64,000 nt of DNA from Nanobdellota archaeon (GCA_023133595.1 JAGLWF010000005.1:29640-93639); one strand, 5' to 3'; numbered from the stretch's first letter, positions 50,019 through 60,437 are shown. Made by a program: numbers and translations. Notes: generated by a model from the letters alone, not told the origin.

Positions 50019-51089
50019 CTACAGCATTTCAATTCCCAGTTCTTCGCCAAATCTCTGATTTTCTTTGGCTTTTTGCTGGGAAGTTACTTTACCGAGTACC
50101 CAAGGCGAAGTTACTCCTGTAATGATAGTCATTACAGTCAACTTGCCCTTCATGTCATTCGTGACCCTGGCTCCCCAGATTACATTTGCATCTGGATCTA
50201 AACTTTCTGTGACCATCTCACCTACTTTTGTAATTTCTTCCAAAGTCATGTCCGGTCCACCATGTACGTGGATCAATGCTCCTGTTGCACCTTCGTAATT
50301 AATATCCAATAATGGATTTGAAAGTGCGCCCTGTACAGCTTCCACAACTTTGTTGTTGGTATCGGATGCACCAACTCCAATTACAGCTACACCACCATTT
50401 GTCATGATAGCCTTTACATCTGCATAGTCTAGATTAACTAGAGATGGTACCGCAATTGTTTCTACGATTCCTTTGATCATTGTTGAGATCAGTTCGTTTG
50501 CTACTGCAAATGCCTGTGCAATTGGCAGATTTCCTGCAATGGAAACTAGCCTGTTGTTGTCAATTACAATAACAGTATCAGAATTTTGTCTCAACATCTG
50601 CAATCCAAATTCAGCTTTGTCAATTCTCGCCCTTTCAATATCAAAAGGCATTGTGACTGTGCCGATTACAATAGAACCAACAGATTTTGCTACTTGCGCA
50701 ACTACTGGTGCAACACCTGTGCCTGTTCCACCACCTTCACCTGCACATACGAAAACCATGTCGGATGCTTTTAGTGCTTCCTTAAGCTCTTGGATGCTTT
50801 CTTTAGCAGCTTCAGCTCCTTTTATAGGATCTCCGCCTGCTCCAAGACCGCGTGTTACTTCCTCACCAAGTAATATCTTACGGTCAGCTTCAGTTACACT
50901 CAAGTGCTGCTGGTCTGTATTAACAGCAATGATCTCTGCGCCCTTTACTCCTTTCTTGAAGAGCCAGTCAACCATATTATTCCCTGCTCCACCACAGCCA
51001 ATAACTTTGATATTAGCTTGGCCAACATCAAAAGAAGATGTTTCTTTTTTCTCTAGATGTTCTAATGCGTTTTCAACAATAAAGTCCAT
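50019..51089 (-). CDS. ftsZ: Cell division protein FtsZ
   Basis: GCGGAGNN, NTD, GEGGGTGTG, DNN, NLDYADV, IWGA. Confidence 0.98.
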   Translation of the reverse strand: MDFIVENALEHLEKKETSSFDVGQANIKVIGCGGAGNNMVDWLFKKGVKGAEIIAVNTDQQHLSVTEADRKILLGEEVTRGLGAGGDPIKGAEAAKESIQELKEALKASDMVFVCAGEGGGTGTGVAPVVAQVAKSVGSIVIGTVTMPFDIERARIDKAEFGLQMLRQNSDTVIVIDNNRLVSIAGNLPIAQAFAVANELISTMIKGIVETIAVPSLVNLDYADVKAIMTNGGVAVIGVGASDTNNKVVEAVQGALSNPLLDINYEGATGALIHVHGGPDMTLEEITKVGEMVTESLDPDANVIWGARVTNDMKGKLTVMTIITGVTSPWVLGKVTSQQKAKENQRFGEELGIEML

Positions 51090-51184
51090 TTTTTCTCCCC
51101 CTTTTTGTTGTTTTTTCTGTAAAGTATAACCACTAGTTCGAAAGATTTAAATATGAGTTAAGCTATACCTTTCTTTAGAATTCA

Positions 51185-51227
51185 GTTGTTCGCCAAAACA
51201 ACGCGTTTGATTCGCCAAAGTCAAACG
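51185..51227. repeat. Twin hairpins with shared TTCGCCAAA sequence upstream of ftsZ
   Basis: GTTGTT-CGCCAA-AACAAC and CGTTTGA-TTCGCCAAAG-TCAAACG. Confidence 0.5.
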
Positions 51228-51311
51228 GAATTTTTACAGTTCAAAAAACATCTAATCTAAAGTATCACTAGCAGGTTCTCTTATTTAAGCATTTCTAGAA
51301 TTAAAAATATA

Positions 51312-51842
51312 TTATTTAGAATATAGTTCAGTTTTCTTGCCAGAATAGAGCCCCATTGAAGTCATCTTCCTATATTGCGTACTATCTAAGCAAACAAAGC
51401 TTATTTCAAACTGTTTTTCTCTTTTTATTGCTTCAATTATAGGTTCTATTTCTATCTGGGCCGATTTATCCCCAATTATCAATAAATTAGCCTTATCAGC
51501 CTTTATTTCGCCATGCTGGATGATTGTATCGATTTTTGTATTTCGCTTGATTTGGCTCACAAACAGGTCTATTACATTTTCTTTGCTTACAAAGATGGAT
51601 CCGAGAAAACGCGTATTTGAGTTGCTAGAGAGTCTGTAAAGCCGGAATTTACTCATCTTAATCTCATCCACCAGTTTTAGCTTGACTAATCTCTTTAGAA
51701 TTCGGAATGTAGAAGCAGGCGGAACACCAGATACCTTGGCTAATTCTCTTAGGTAGAATTCTTTATTGTTGTTGGTTAATGTAAGGTAGATCTTTACAAT
51801 CTTATCATCAATCAAGCTTGCTAAGATCTCTGATTTCTCCAT
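51312..51842 (-). CDS. Winged HTH protein with degenerate nucleotidyltransferase-like C-terminal domain
   Basis: EFYLRELAKVSGVPPASTFRILKRLV HTH; C-terminal alpha/beta domain. Confidence 0.8.
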   Translation of the reverse strand: MEKSEILASLIDDKIVKIYLTLTNNNKEFYLRELAKVSGVPPASTFRILKRLVKLKLVDEIKMSKFRLYRLSSNSNTRFLGSIFVSKENVIDLFVSQIKRNTKIDTIIQHGEIKADKANLLIIGDKSAQIEIEPIIEAIKREKQFEISFVCLDSTQYRKMTSMGLYSGKKTELYSK

Positions 51843-51877
51843 TATTAGTTTTTGGTAAGACCAGCTTGTATTTAATC

Positions 51878-51934
51878 GTTTCGTTTTTGAAACACTGTTC
51901 CGTGAGAGAGACAGTGTTCCAATTTTGATATACT
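51878..51934. promoter_or_regulatory. Three 19-bp-period imperfect palindromes, candidate operator array
   Basis: GTTTCGTTTTTGAAAC-ACT / GTTCCGTGAGAGAGAC-AGT / GTTCCAATTTTGATAT-ACT, next to the TATA box of the HTH gene. Confidence 0.55.
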
Positions 51935-51952
51935 TGTCTTTAAAAGCTAGAT

Positions 51953-53866
51953 TTATTCAGAATCAGGTTTCTCTTCTGGCTTCTTCTTTACTATACGAAC
52001 CACTCTCAACTTTCTGATCGGCTGGCCAGTTACCTGCTGGATACCAAGATTTTTCATCTGTTCCTGGTCTGGACTATCAAAATATTGGCTGGAAAATTTC
52101 AGATAAGCGCCAGCATATTCCGGAAATTTTTCAGGAGCATCCTTTCTTGCATCCTGTGCTTTTTCATAAATCTGGGTTTGGATCTCTTCAAACTTTGCTG
52201 GTCCGCATTCTTCTGGAAATGTTTTGCACAGAGCTGCATACCACTCTGCATATGCCATCATCCTACTAAGATCTTCTTGTTGAAGTGCATTTTCAACTTG
52301 AGTGTATAGCTCATCGCGTTTTTCGATTATCTTTGGAACATCAATCTTGTGCCTTTTTGCTTCAGATTTAGCAATCTCTTCAATATCTGCTGGCTTAAAA
52401 TCCTCTGGGACATACAGAATGAATCTATCATATTCATTCTTATAAATATCAATTAATCCAGGAATGTTTCTGAAATCTAGATCCTGGAATCTTCTTTGCA
52501 TATCATCTCTAAATCCATCAAGATGTCCAACAATATTCTCTCTATACCTCTGATCAATATCTTTTGTTAGATCTAACTTAACATTTACATCTGGGAAGTA
52601 TTCACCCCATTTCTCATACAATATCTTGTTGTTCTCTAGCAACTCATCCACAGTTTTATCTTTACAAGCTTCTGCAGCTTCCATAATTTTAATTCTAGTA
52701 GCTTCCAATACCTCCTTTAGCAATCGTTCTGACTGCCTTAGGAATCGTTCGTAGTGTGTATATAGTCTGCTTGGGCTCAGTTGCGCTTTTTGAGCTGCAA
52801 GCTCTATTGTTTCAGAGATATTTGTCAAAAGGGTTGTCAATGTTTTTGGTCCAGGCAATTCTTTGATCTGGAATGGATCCATATCATTGATCATCTCATC
52901 TATAGCATTCTCATAGAACTGCCGGTCTGGATTGAACAGGACAAGCTCTTCAAATCTATCATTTGGATCCCCTCTTGCATTTTGAGCATAATCATCATTT
53001 ATCAGAACTGCACATTCTTCTAATAAGAAAAGCATTCTTCGCAATGCAGTTGGTCTTCCACCCAAAGAAGGTTTGTTCACTTCTACCTTTCTTGCCTCTC
53101 TTAGAACTTTTGCTTCATATCCACGAATCTCTTTCTCACGCAAATTCTTCAACTGATCTATATATTGCTCCTTATCTTTTGGATTTTCTGAATCTCTCAG
53201 ATCCCGGATTAAATAATTTATTCTATCAGCAAAAATATGGAATTGGCTCACTCCAAATGGAAATTCACGTATCAGGGTTGCTTTATTCATCTCATATGGT
53301 TCAATCTTACCTTTGCTTATTGCTTTGTCTAATTCTCTAAACAAGAATTCAGCCAATCTTTTGTTAGTAATCTTTCTTATAATGTGATCATCAGGATTTA
53401 CAGTCACTCCTTCCTTTTGCAATGCTTGAAAATCTGATTGGACTTCTTTTACAAAAAAATTAAGCATAAATCTGTATTTGCAGTTGAAAGTCTTAGGATA
53501 GAACCCTAATTTTCTTGCAAGCCTGCCATCAAGAGTGACAGGAGATTCATAATCCATATTAAAGATATTTCTTCTATGCATCAGGTATGTGATCCAGGCT
53601 TCTGTTTCAATTTTTTCTCTCCATTCAGGTGAGAATCGTTCTTCTAACGCAGGCTTCACATCTCTCCAGGCGCCTTCAAAAGTCTGATCAATGGTTTTCA
53701 ATGCGTCAAGCATCTCTTTTCTAGCAGCTCCATTTTTTCTATGTGCAGATCCTTCAAGAATATCAGATTGGGCTTCTATTGTTTTGCTAGCTCTATCTAG
53801 CCTATTATCATATCGTATTAATAATTTGTATAAGCCCATATTGCGCCTCTTATAGGAATCTACCAT
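51953..53866 (-). CDS. Hypothetical alpha-helical protein (637 aa)
   Basis: Long ORF, charged helical composition, no recognisable motif. Confidence 0.7.
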   Translation of the reverse strand: MVDSYKRRNMGLYKLLIRYDNRLDRASKTIEAQSDILEGSAHRKNGAARKEMLDALKTIDQTFEGAWRDVKPALEERFSPEWREKIETEAWITYLMHRRNIFNMDYESPVTLDGRLARKLGFYPKTFNCKYRFMLNFFVKEVQSDFQALQKEGVTVNPDDHIIRKITNKRLAEFLFRELDKAISKGKIEPYEMNKATLIREFPFGVSQFHIFADRINYLIRDLRDSENPKDKEQYIDQLKNLREKEIRGYEAKVLREARKVEVNKPSLGGRPTALRRMLFLLEECAVLINDDYAQNARGDPNDRFEELVLFNPDRQFYENAIDEMINDMDPFQIKELPGPKTLTTLLTNISETIELAAQKAQLSPSRLYTHYERFLRQSERLLKEVLEATRIKIMEAAEACKDKTVDELLENNKILYEKWGEYFPDVNVKLDLTKDIDQRYRENIVGHLDGFRDDMQRRFQDLDFRNIPGLIDIYKNEYDRFILYVPEDFKPADIEEIAKSEAKRHKIDVPKIIEKRDELYTQVENALQQEDLSRMMAYAEWYAALCKTFPEECGPAKFEEIQTQIYEKAQDARKDAPEKFPEYAGAYLKFSSQYFDSPDQEQMKNLGIQQVTGQPIRKLRVVRIVKKKPEEKPDSE

Positions 53867-53898
53867 ATATGGCCCTTTATAAAGTTTACGTTCACTTA

Positions 53899-54777
53899 CT
53901 ACTTGTTAGAGACAATGATCTCTTCATATTTGGCCCTGCCATCCACTTTATAATAATAGAATATGCCTGCTGAGCCATCCTGGCTAGCTCCTGGATTAAA
54001 GAACAAGCTGGATGTGACCTGCCTTGGCATTACTTCTGCATCTTTCTGATCCACTGCTCCAGCAGATTCATGGATATGGCCAAAGACTGCAAATTTTATA
54101 TCTGAATCTTGCATCACTTCTAAAAGATGTTCAGAACCAACATGTTTTCCAGATTCCAAGACATCAATACCATGATCACCAGAACCCAATGGTGGGCAAT
54201 GTCCAATCAATAGAATGTCATCATCCAATCTTTGCGAAAGAACAAACAATTCATCTGCATCTGCAATAAAACCATCTTCTGGAGTCACTTTTTCATCAAC
54301 ACAACCAGGTAAAGATAAGATATCAATATCTTTTCTGTCCAATGTTCGAATTTTTGTCATGTCAAACAATTTGTCGTAATTTTTTATCTTATCTAGAAAA
54401 TCATCATCTTTTAATCTTGCCATTGCCTTGTTCCACGCTTCTTTTGTCTCATGATTCCCAGGAATCACATAAGTCGGATAACCGCGCATCAAAGTTCGTT
54501 TCAAGACCATGTAAATTTCTTCATCATCTTCAACTTTATCTGGTCTTCCATAACTATGCTGTTCATTCAATGATAGGTCTCCAGCAATGATAATTGCATC
54601 AACTTCTTTTTCCTCGAATCGATCTAATATTTTTCCCAGATTATCATAATCACCATCTGCATGGATATCTGCAATAATGCCAAAAGTTGTTGGTTTGCTC
54701 GGATCTGGAAAACCTTGAGGACTTCCACAGCCTATAATAAAAAAAGATATCAACAGTACAAGAATTAATTTTTTCAT
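53899..54777 (-). CDS. Metallophosphoesterase (calcineurin-like), probable lipoprotein
   Basis: IIGC lipobox, ADIH, AGD, PGNHE, GHCPP, GHIHE. Confidence 0.88.
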   Translation of the reverse strand: MKKLILVLLISFFIIGCGSPQGFPDPSKPTTFGIIADIHADGDYDNLGKILDRFEEKEVDAIIIAGDLSLNEQHSYGRPDKVEDDEEIYMVLKRTLMRGYPTYVIPGNHETKEAWNKAMARLKDDDFLDKIKNYDKLFDMTKIRTLDRKDIDILSLPGCVDEKVTPEDGFIADADELFVLSQRLDDDILLIGHCPPLGSGDHGIDVLESGKHVGSEHLLEVMQDSDIKFAVFGHIHESAGAVDQKDAEVMPRQVTSSLFFNPGASQDGSAGIFYYYKVDGRAKYEEIIVSNK

Positions 54778-55491
54778 TTAACCTCCTCCAAGATAGAGCT
54801 TTGCAACATCCTTGTTTCTCAGCATATCTTTTCCTTTACCGTGCATCTTATTTTTTCCTAATTCGAGAACATACGCACGATCAGAAATATTCAATGACAT
54901 CTTTGCGTTCTGCTCAACAATAACCATTGCAACCCCATCTTTATTGACTTCAATTAATTTTTCAAAAATCAAAGCTTTCATCTGCGGAGATAGACCTAAA
55001 GAAGGTTCGTCAAGCAAAAGAAGTTTAGGTTTTAACATTAAAGCTCGACCGATCGCAACCATCTGCTGCTCACCACCTGATAACAGGCCCGCTTTTTGAT
55101 CTTTTCTTTCTTTTAATCCAGGAAATTTTTTGTAAACAGATTCGATATCCTCAGAGAGATCATCTTTTCGTATGAAACCCCCCATCTCTAGGTTTTCTTG
55201 TACAGTTAGGTTAGGAAAAACAGATCTTCCTTGAGGTACATATGTGATTCCCAGCTTTGTGAGGTTCTCAGGCTTACTTTTTATTATATTTTTTCCGTCG
55301 AAAAATATTTTTCCTTTTCTTTTTTCTATCAATCCAAAGATATTCTTCAATATTGTGGATTTTCCAGCACCATTCGGACCGATTATAGAGACTATTTCAC
55401 CTTTATCAATATGCATCTTCACTTCATGAAGCACTTGCATCTGCCCATACCAGGAATCAAGGTCTTTTATTGTCAATAGATGTTTCGTCAT
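54778..55491 (-). CDS. livF: Branched-chain amino acid ABC transporter ATPase
   Basis: GPNGAGKST, VPQGR, LSGGEQQM, LDEPSLGL, VEQN. Confidence 0.93.
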   Translation of the reverse strand: MTKHLLTIKDLDSWYGQMQVLHEVKMHIDKGEIVSIIGPNGAGKSTILKNIFGLIEKRKGKIFFDGKNIIKSKPENLTKLGITYVPQGRSVFPNLTVQENLEMGGFIRKDDLSEDIESVYKKFPGLKERKDQKAGLLSGGEQQMVAIGRALMLKPKLLLLDEPSLGLSPQMKALIFEKLIEVNKDGVAMVIVEQNAKMSLNISDRAYVLELGKNKMHGKGKDMLRNKDVAKLYLGGG

Positions 55492-55505
55492 TTTTATTTT
55501 TTTCC

Positions 55506-56282
55506 TTATTTTTTCTTCCTCCTCTTTATCTTTATCACTTTCCCAAGATATGCATCTAAAACACGCTTATTCTTCTGTATCTTTTTCGGAGGCCCTTCTG
55601 CAATCTCCTCTCCACCATCCATAACAACAACTTTGTCAGCAATCTTCATGACAAAATCCATATTATGCTCGACAAACAGAATAGTTTTTCCTTTTTTCTT
55701 CAATTCTTTCAGAAGATTAGTGATCTTTTTCAGCATAGTTGGATTCACACCAGAAGCAGGCTCGTCTAGCAGCAAAAGTTCTGGTTCGCTCGCAAGTGCT
55801 TTTGCCATCTCCAACAATTTTTGCTGGCCATAACTCAAATTTCCAGCCAATGCATTCTTTTTACCTTCAAGATCCACAAACTTCAACAATTCAAGAGCAT
55901 CATTCACCATCTTTGCTTCGTGCAATTTTTTCTGTTTTAATGGAAGCATCGACAGCCAAAAATTTTCATATACATTCTGCATTGAAAGCATCATATTCTC
56001 TAATACAGTCATCTTTGGAAACAGACGGATTATCTGAAAAGTTCTTGAAACTCCTTCTTTGCTTATTCGATATGGGGCCATTCCAGTTATATCTTTGTTG
56101 TACAACAAAACTTTTCCTTTATCAGGCTCGATGAAACCAGTGATGAGATTGAATACAGTGGTTTTTCCAGCACCATTAGGTCCGATCAATGCAACAATTG
56201 CTCCTTTCTCTACTTCAAAACTGCATCCATCAACAGCTTTCACACCACCAAAGTGTTTATAGAGCTTCTTTACTTTTAGCAT
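55506..56282 (-). CDS. livG: Branched-chain amino acid ABC transporter ATPase
   Basis: FGGVKAV, GPNGAGKTT, RTFQ, LSYGQQK, VEHNM, AYLG; start ATG 56282. Confidence 0.93.
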   Translation of the reverse strand: MLKVKKLYKHFGGVKAVDGCSFEVEKGAIVALIGPNGAGKTTVFNLITGFIEPDKGKVLLYNKDITGMAPYRISKEGVSRTFQIIRLFPKMTVLENMMLSMQNVYENFWLSMLPLKQKKLHEAKMVNDALELLKFVDLEGKKNALAGNLSYGQQKLLEMAKALASEPELLLLDEPASGVNPTMLKKITNLLKELKKKGKTILFVEHNMDFVMKIADKVVVMDGGEEIAEGPPKKIQKNKRVLDAYLGKVIKIKRRKKK

Positions 56283-57165
56283 GTCTGAACCTCCATTCTC
56301 CAAATATTCCATTTGGTTTGTAAATCATCAATAAAATCAATAACGCAGCATAAATCATAACGCGCAATGCAGCTGCCATCGAAGTAGGCAGTCCTAAAAA
56401 TCTTAATGGTTCTGGAAGCAAAACTAAGATTGTCGCACCAATCACAGAACCTCTTATCGATGCTACTCCTCCAAGAACAACCATACATACTATGAGAATA
56501 GTCTCCATTAATGTGAATGTTGTTGGATCAATGAATGTTATGTGGTGCGCGAACAATGAACCAGCAATACCTGCACAGGCAGCACCAGTAATTACAACAA
56601 TCACTTTGTACTTCTTGATATTCTTTCCAATTGCTTGCGCAGCAATCTCGTCTTCTCTAATCGCGCGCAAAACCCGGCCAAAAGGAGATTTTACAATCTT
56701 TGAAACAAACAAGACAACAAGTATTGCAATAATCAATGCAAATATGAAGAATTGAAACTTTGTTGTCAAAGTCAATCCAAAGAAAGAAATCTTTGGAATT
56801 CCAGGCAGACCTAACGGCCCTCTAGTAAGCGAGACCCAATTCTTCATCACAGCTCTCGCTATCTCTCCAAATCCTAAAGTCGCGATTGCAAGATAATCTC
56901 CTCTTAATTTCAATGAAGGATATGCAATCATTGCACCGCCCAAGCCTGCGAAAAATACAGCTGCAATAAAACATATCCAGTAAGGATATCCAGCTAATGC
57001 TAATAATGCAGACGCATATGCACCTATTCCGAAAAATGCAGCATGACCTAGATTAAGCATGCCAGAGTAACCAATAATAAGGTTAAGACTGACTGAAAGG
57101 ATCACATATATGCAAATTAATATCAGCAAATTCAATGCATAATTGCTTGCAAAAAATTCCAGCAT
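56257..57165 (-). CDS. livM: Branched-chain amino acid ABC transporter permease
   Basis: LGHAAFFGIGAY, LRGDYLAIATLGFGEI, AIREDE. Confidence 0.93.
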   Translation of the reverse strand: MLEFFASNYALNLLILICIYVILSVSLNLIIGYSGMLNLGHAAFFGIGAYASALLALAGYPYWICFIAAVFFAGLGGAMIAYPSLKLRGDYLAIATLGFGEIARAVMKNWVSLTRGPLGLPGIPKISFFGLTLTTKFQFFIFALIIAILVVLFVSKIVKSPFGRVLRAIREDEIAAQAIGKNIKKYKVIVVITGAACAGIAGSLFAHHITFIDPTTFTLMETILIVCMVVLGGVASIRGSVIGATILVLLPEPLRFLGLPTSMAAALRVMIYAALLILLMIYKPNGIFGEWRFRHAKSKEAL

Positions 57166-58052
57166 TATACACTAACCTCCTCTCCTTTTTTCACACCGAA
57201 AATTCCAGTCGGCTTGAACAATAAGAAGAATAACAATACTGCGAATGCAATCGCATCTTTGTATCCAGACGGAATAAACCAGATACCAATGTTTTCAATC
57301 AAACCAATCATGAATCCTCCTAATACTGCCCCGTAGATATTACCGATACCGCCGACAACAGCTGCTGTGAAGCTCTTGATGCCAATAGAGACACCCATTG
57401 TCGGTGTCAGGTTTTGTTCCATGCCAACCAATATGCCTCCTGCAGCTGCCAAAGCAGAGCCAATAATGAAAACATATGAGATAACTTTATTAGGATTAAT
57501 TCCGACAATGGACGCAACTTCATAATTATCAGCAACAGCACGCATTGCTTTTCCTGTTTTTGTATATTTGATATAAAAGTGTAATGCAACCATCAATGCG
57601 ACTGAGACAATAATGATCACAATTTGAATCTTTGTGATAATAGCATCAATAAAAGGGATTGTAATGCCCCGCACAACCTCTCCTGTCCTGAACGTCCTGA
57701 TCTGCGCGCCAAAAATTAATATTGCCAATGCCTGCAAAAAAAGCGAGATACCAATCGCAGTTATTAACGGAGGCAGCATGCCACGGCCACGCAAAGGTTT
57801 GTACGCTATTTTGTCAATTACAAAACCAGCAACAGCGCACCCCAGCATTGCCAATACTCCAGCAACAATAACATTCACACCTAAAAGAATATTAAAGACC
57901 CACCCAAGATACGCGCCAAGCATGAACACTTCTCCATGCGCAAAGTTTATGAACCTCAGAATTCCATACACCATTGTATAGCCAAGCGCGACTAATGCAT
58001 ATATTCCACCAGCTATAATACCATTAATAATGAGCTGTGCTGCTATTCCCAT
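57165..58052 (-). CDS. livH: Branched-chain amino acid ABC transporter permease
   Basis: YALVALGYTMVYGILRFINFAHGE, GKAMRA, AAVVGGIG. Confidence 0.93.
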   Translation of the reverse strand: MGIAAQLIINGIIAGGIYALVALGYTMVYGILRFINFAHGEVFMLGAYLGWVFNILLGVNVIVAGVLAMLGCAVAGFVIDKIAYKPLRGRGMLPPLITAIGISLFLQALAILIFGAQIRTFRTGEVVRGITIPFIDAIITKIQIVIIIVSVALMVALHFYIKYTKTGKAMRAVADNYEVASIVGINPNKVISYVFIIGSALAAAGGILVGMEQNLTPTMGVSIGIKSFTAAVVGGIGNIYGAVLGGFMIGLIENIGIWFIPSGYKDAIAFAVLLFFLLFKPTGIFGVKKGEEVSV

Positions 58053-58130
58053 CCGAAGCCTCTTTCATATGTACGAATAGAATATGATTTATAAATATAT
58101 AGGAAAAATAAAAAAGTAAAAAAGAAGATT

Positions 58131-59267
58131 TTATTCCAGATCTACAAATTCTCCATTCTCTACTCTCATCAATATCAATTCTTTGATAGCATCACCATTT
58201 TCATCGATTGTCAGCTTGCCACCTGCACCAGTATAATCTGTAACGGTGTAGAGGTAATCCTTGATTTCAGTTCCGGTTATATGTCCTTGTTTCATTGCAT
58301 CTGCAAACAAATAGACTACATCATAAGCATTTGCAGAATATGATGTCAATTCAGGTTTGTACCCAAATCGATCATTGAATTTCTGCAAAAACTCTGCGGT
58401 TTTTGGAGCGGCTTCATCAAATGTTGGTGTTGAAACCACCATTCCTTCTGCAGCTTCTCCAGAATCTACTAAAACTTTGTCAACACACATTGACTCTGGT
58501 GCAAACACTGGAAGATCTACATCTAATTCTTTCATTTGAACCAAGATGATTGTTCCGTCTGCAGGATAAGGAACTAGATAAAGAGCTTCTGGAGCAGCGT
58601 CTTTGATTTTTGTGATCTGAGTTCTCATATCTTTTGCATCCTGTTCATAATTTTGTTCAACGACAATTTCTCCGCCAAGTTCTGTGAATTTTTTAGAGAA
58701 AACATTTCGAAGACCAAGATTATAATCACTATTTGCGTACATTATAGCAACTTCTCTGTATCCTTCATCGTACATATAGATTGCCATTATTTCTCCCTGC
58801 AATGCGTCTGAAGGACATGCTCTAAAGATATAATCCCCAGATTCTGTAATATCAGCATTTGTGCTTCCAGGACTCATTAAAACAACTTTAGCTTCTTCTG
58901 CAATTGGTGCAACAGCCAAAGTTTCAGACGAACAGAAACCTCCGACAATTGCCTGGACTTTATCTATCTCAATTAATTTTTGAGCTGCATTTGTTGCATC
59001 TTTTGGTTTGCACAGGCCATCTTCTGGAACCAGCTCAAGCATTCTTCCATTGATTCCGCCAGCTGTATTTATTTCTTCAACAGCAAGTAATGCACCGTCC
59101 CGCCATCCTTCACCGTAAGGTGCAACATCTCCTGTCAACGGTCCGATGAAACCAATTTTTATCGGTTCTTTTGTTTCTTCCCCAGCAGGTTGCATCTCTG
59201 TCGGAGCACATCCAACCACAAGAATCGTTATTAATAAAATTGACATCAAAATCATATAGTTTTTCAT
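58131..59267 (-). CDS. LivK/LivJ-family substrate-binding lipoprotein (1 of 3)
   Basis: VVGC, IKIGFIGPLTG, AGGINGR, GGFCSS, GDYIFR. Confidence 0.9.
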   Translation of the reverse strand: MKNYMILMSILLITILVVGCAPTEMQPAGEETKEPIKIGFIGPLTGDVAPYGEGWRDGALLAVEEINTAGGINGRMLELVPEDGLCKPKDATNAAQKLIEIDKVQAIVGGFCSSETLAVAPIAEEAKVVLMSPGSTNADITESGDYIFRACPSDALQGEIMAIYMYDEGYREVAIMYANSDYNLGLRNVFSKKFTELGGEIVVEQNYEQDAKDMRTQITKIKDAAPEALYLVPYPADGTIILVQMKELDVDLPVFAPESMCVDKVLVDSGEAAEGMVVSTPTFDEAAPKTAEFLQKFNDRFGYKPELTSYSANAYDVVYLFADAMKQGHITGTEIKDYLYTVTDYTGAGGKLTIDENGDAIKELILMRVENGEFVDLE

Positions 59268-59271
59268 ATTA

Positions 59272-60381
59272 TCACTCCCCCAATTTTATAAATTTTCCCT
59301 CTTTTACTGTTTTGATTATTGGTGGTTTTGCAACATCACCGTTCTCATCAAAAGTGGTAATGCCGCTAACGCCTGGAAAATTTTTAGTTGAGTATAATGC
59401 GTTTTTGATTGTTTCACTGTCAATACCGTTTTCCATGGCCTGTGCGATAATTTTAAGCGCATCGTATGCAGTCGCTGCGAATATCTCGCTTTGTTTGCCA
59501 TATTTTGCTTGGAACCTTTCCTGGTATCCCTTAGCTTCTCCTCTTGCCTCATCTATTGCAAAAGAAGAATAATACAAACCTTCTAACGCGTCGCCAGCAA
59601 TACCCAAAGCTTCTTCTGATTCTGCAGTACTTACTGATAATGTTTGTGCGTCTAATCCTATTTCTTTTATCTGCGTTACGATTCTAGCAATCTCATTGGT
59701 GTATCCTCCAATAAAGATAGAATCAGGATTCGCAGATTTTATTTTTGTTAGTTGTGTTCTGAAATCAGCGCTCTCCTGCTCGTATGATTCGATAGCAACT
59801 ATATTTCCATCAAAATTTTCATTGAAGATATCCCTCAAGCCAAGACCGTAATCATTATTCACATAAATTATTGCTGCTGTTTTGTATCCTTTTTTGTTCG
59901 CGAATTCTGCCATTGCGCCAGCTTCAAAAATGTCGGATGGCCAATTTCTAAAGACATAATCGCCAGCGTCTGTTATCTTCGGGCTTGATGATGCTGTGGA
60001 CATCAGAATAATTTGTGCCTCTTCTGCAACAGAAGCCATAGTGAGAGTTGCGCTTGAGCAAATCTCTCCGATTACAACAGAAACTTTGTCAACTGTTATC
60101 AATTTTTGAATCGCATTCAATGCTTCTTTTGGCATGCATTTTCCATCTTCGTAAATAAGCTCGATTTGTTTACCATTAACTCCACCTTTTGCATTGATCT
60201 CATCTTTTGCAAGCTCAAGCCCTTCTTGGGTCCATTCACCAAAATTAGAAGCATCGCCTGTAAGCGGAGTTACAACTCCTATCTTGATTTTTTCTTCTGC
60301 CGGAACCACTTCAACTGGACCACATCCAGCTATTAGAATTGCTATTAATAGAATTGATACTAAAATTAGATATTTATTCAT
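59272..60381 (-). CDS. LivK/LivJ-family substrate-binding lipoprotein (2 of 3)
   Basis: IAGC, IKIGVVTPLTG, GEICSS, GDYVFR; true start MNKYL at 60381. Confidence 0.9.
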   Translation of the reverse strand: MNKYLILVSILLIAILIAGCGPVEVVPAEEKIKIGVVTPLTGDASNFGEWTQEGLELAKDEINAKGGVNGKQIELIYEDGKCMPKEALNAIQKLITVDKVSVVIGEICSSATLTMASVAEEAQIILMSTASSSPKITDAGDYVFRNWPSDIFEAGAMAEFANKKGYKTAAIIYVNNDYGLGLRDIFNENFDGNIVAIESYEQESADFRTQLTKIKSANPDSIFIGGYTNEIARIVTQIKEIGLDAQTLSVSTAESEEALGIAGDALEGLYYSSFAIDEARGEAKGYQERFQAKYGKQSEIFAATAYDALKIIAQAMENGIDSETIKNALYSTKNFPGVSGITTFDENGDVAKPPIIKTVKEGKFIKLGE

Positions 60382-60437
60382 ATTTATAACCCCCATATGG
60401 TGTATATAGCTATTTAAGGACTTTATATACTTTTCGT

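Noticed and set aside
51878-51934. Mini-CRISPR reading of the GTT..AAAC repeats
   Set aside because: Units are 16 bp with 3-nt gaps, there are no spacers and no cas genes; an operator array fits better.
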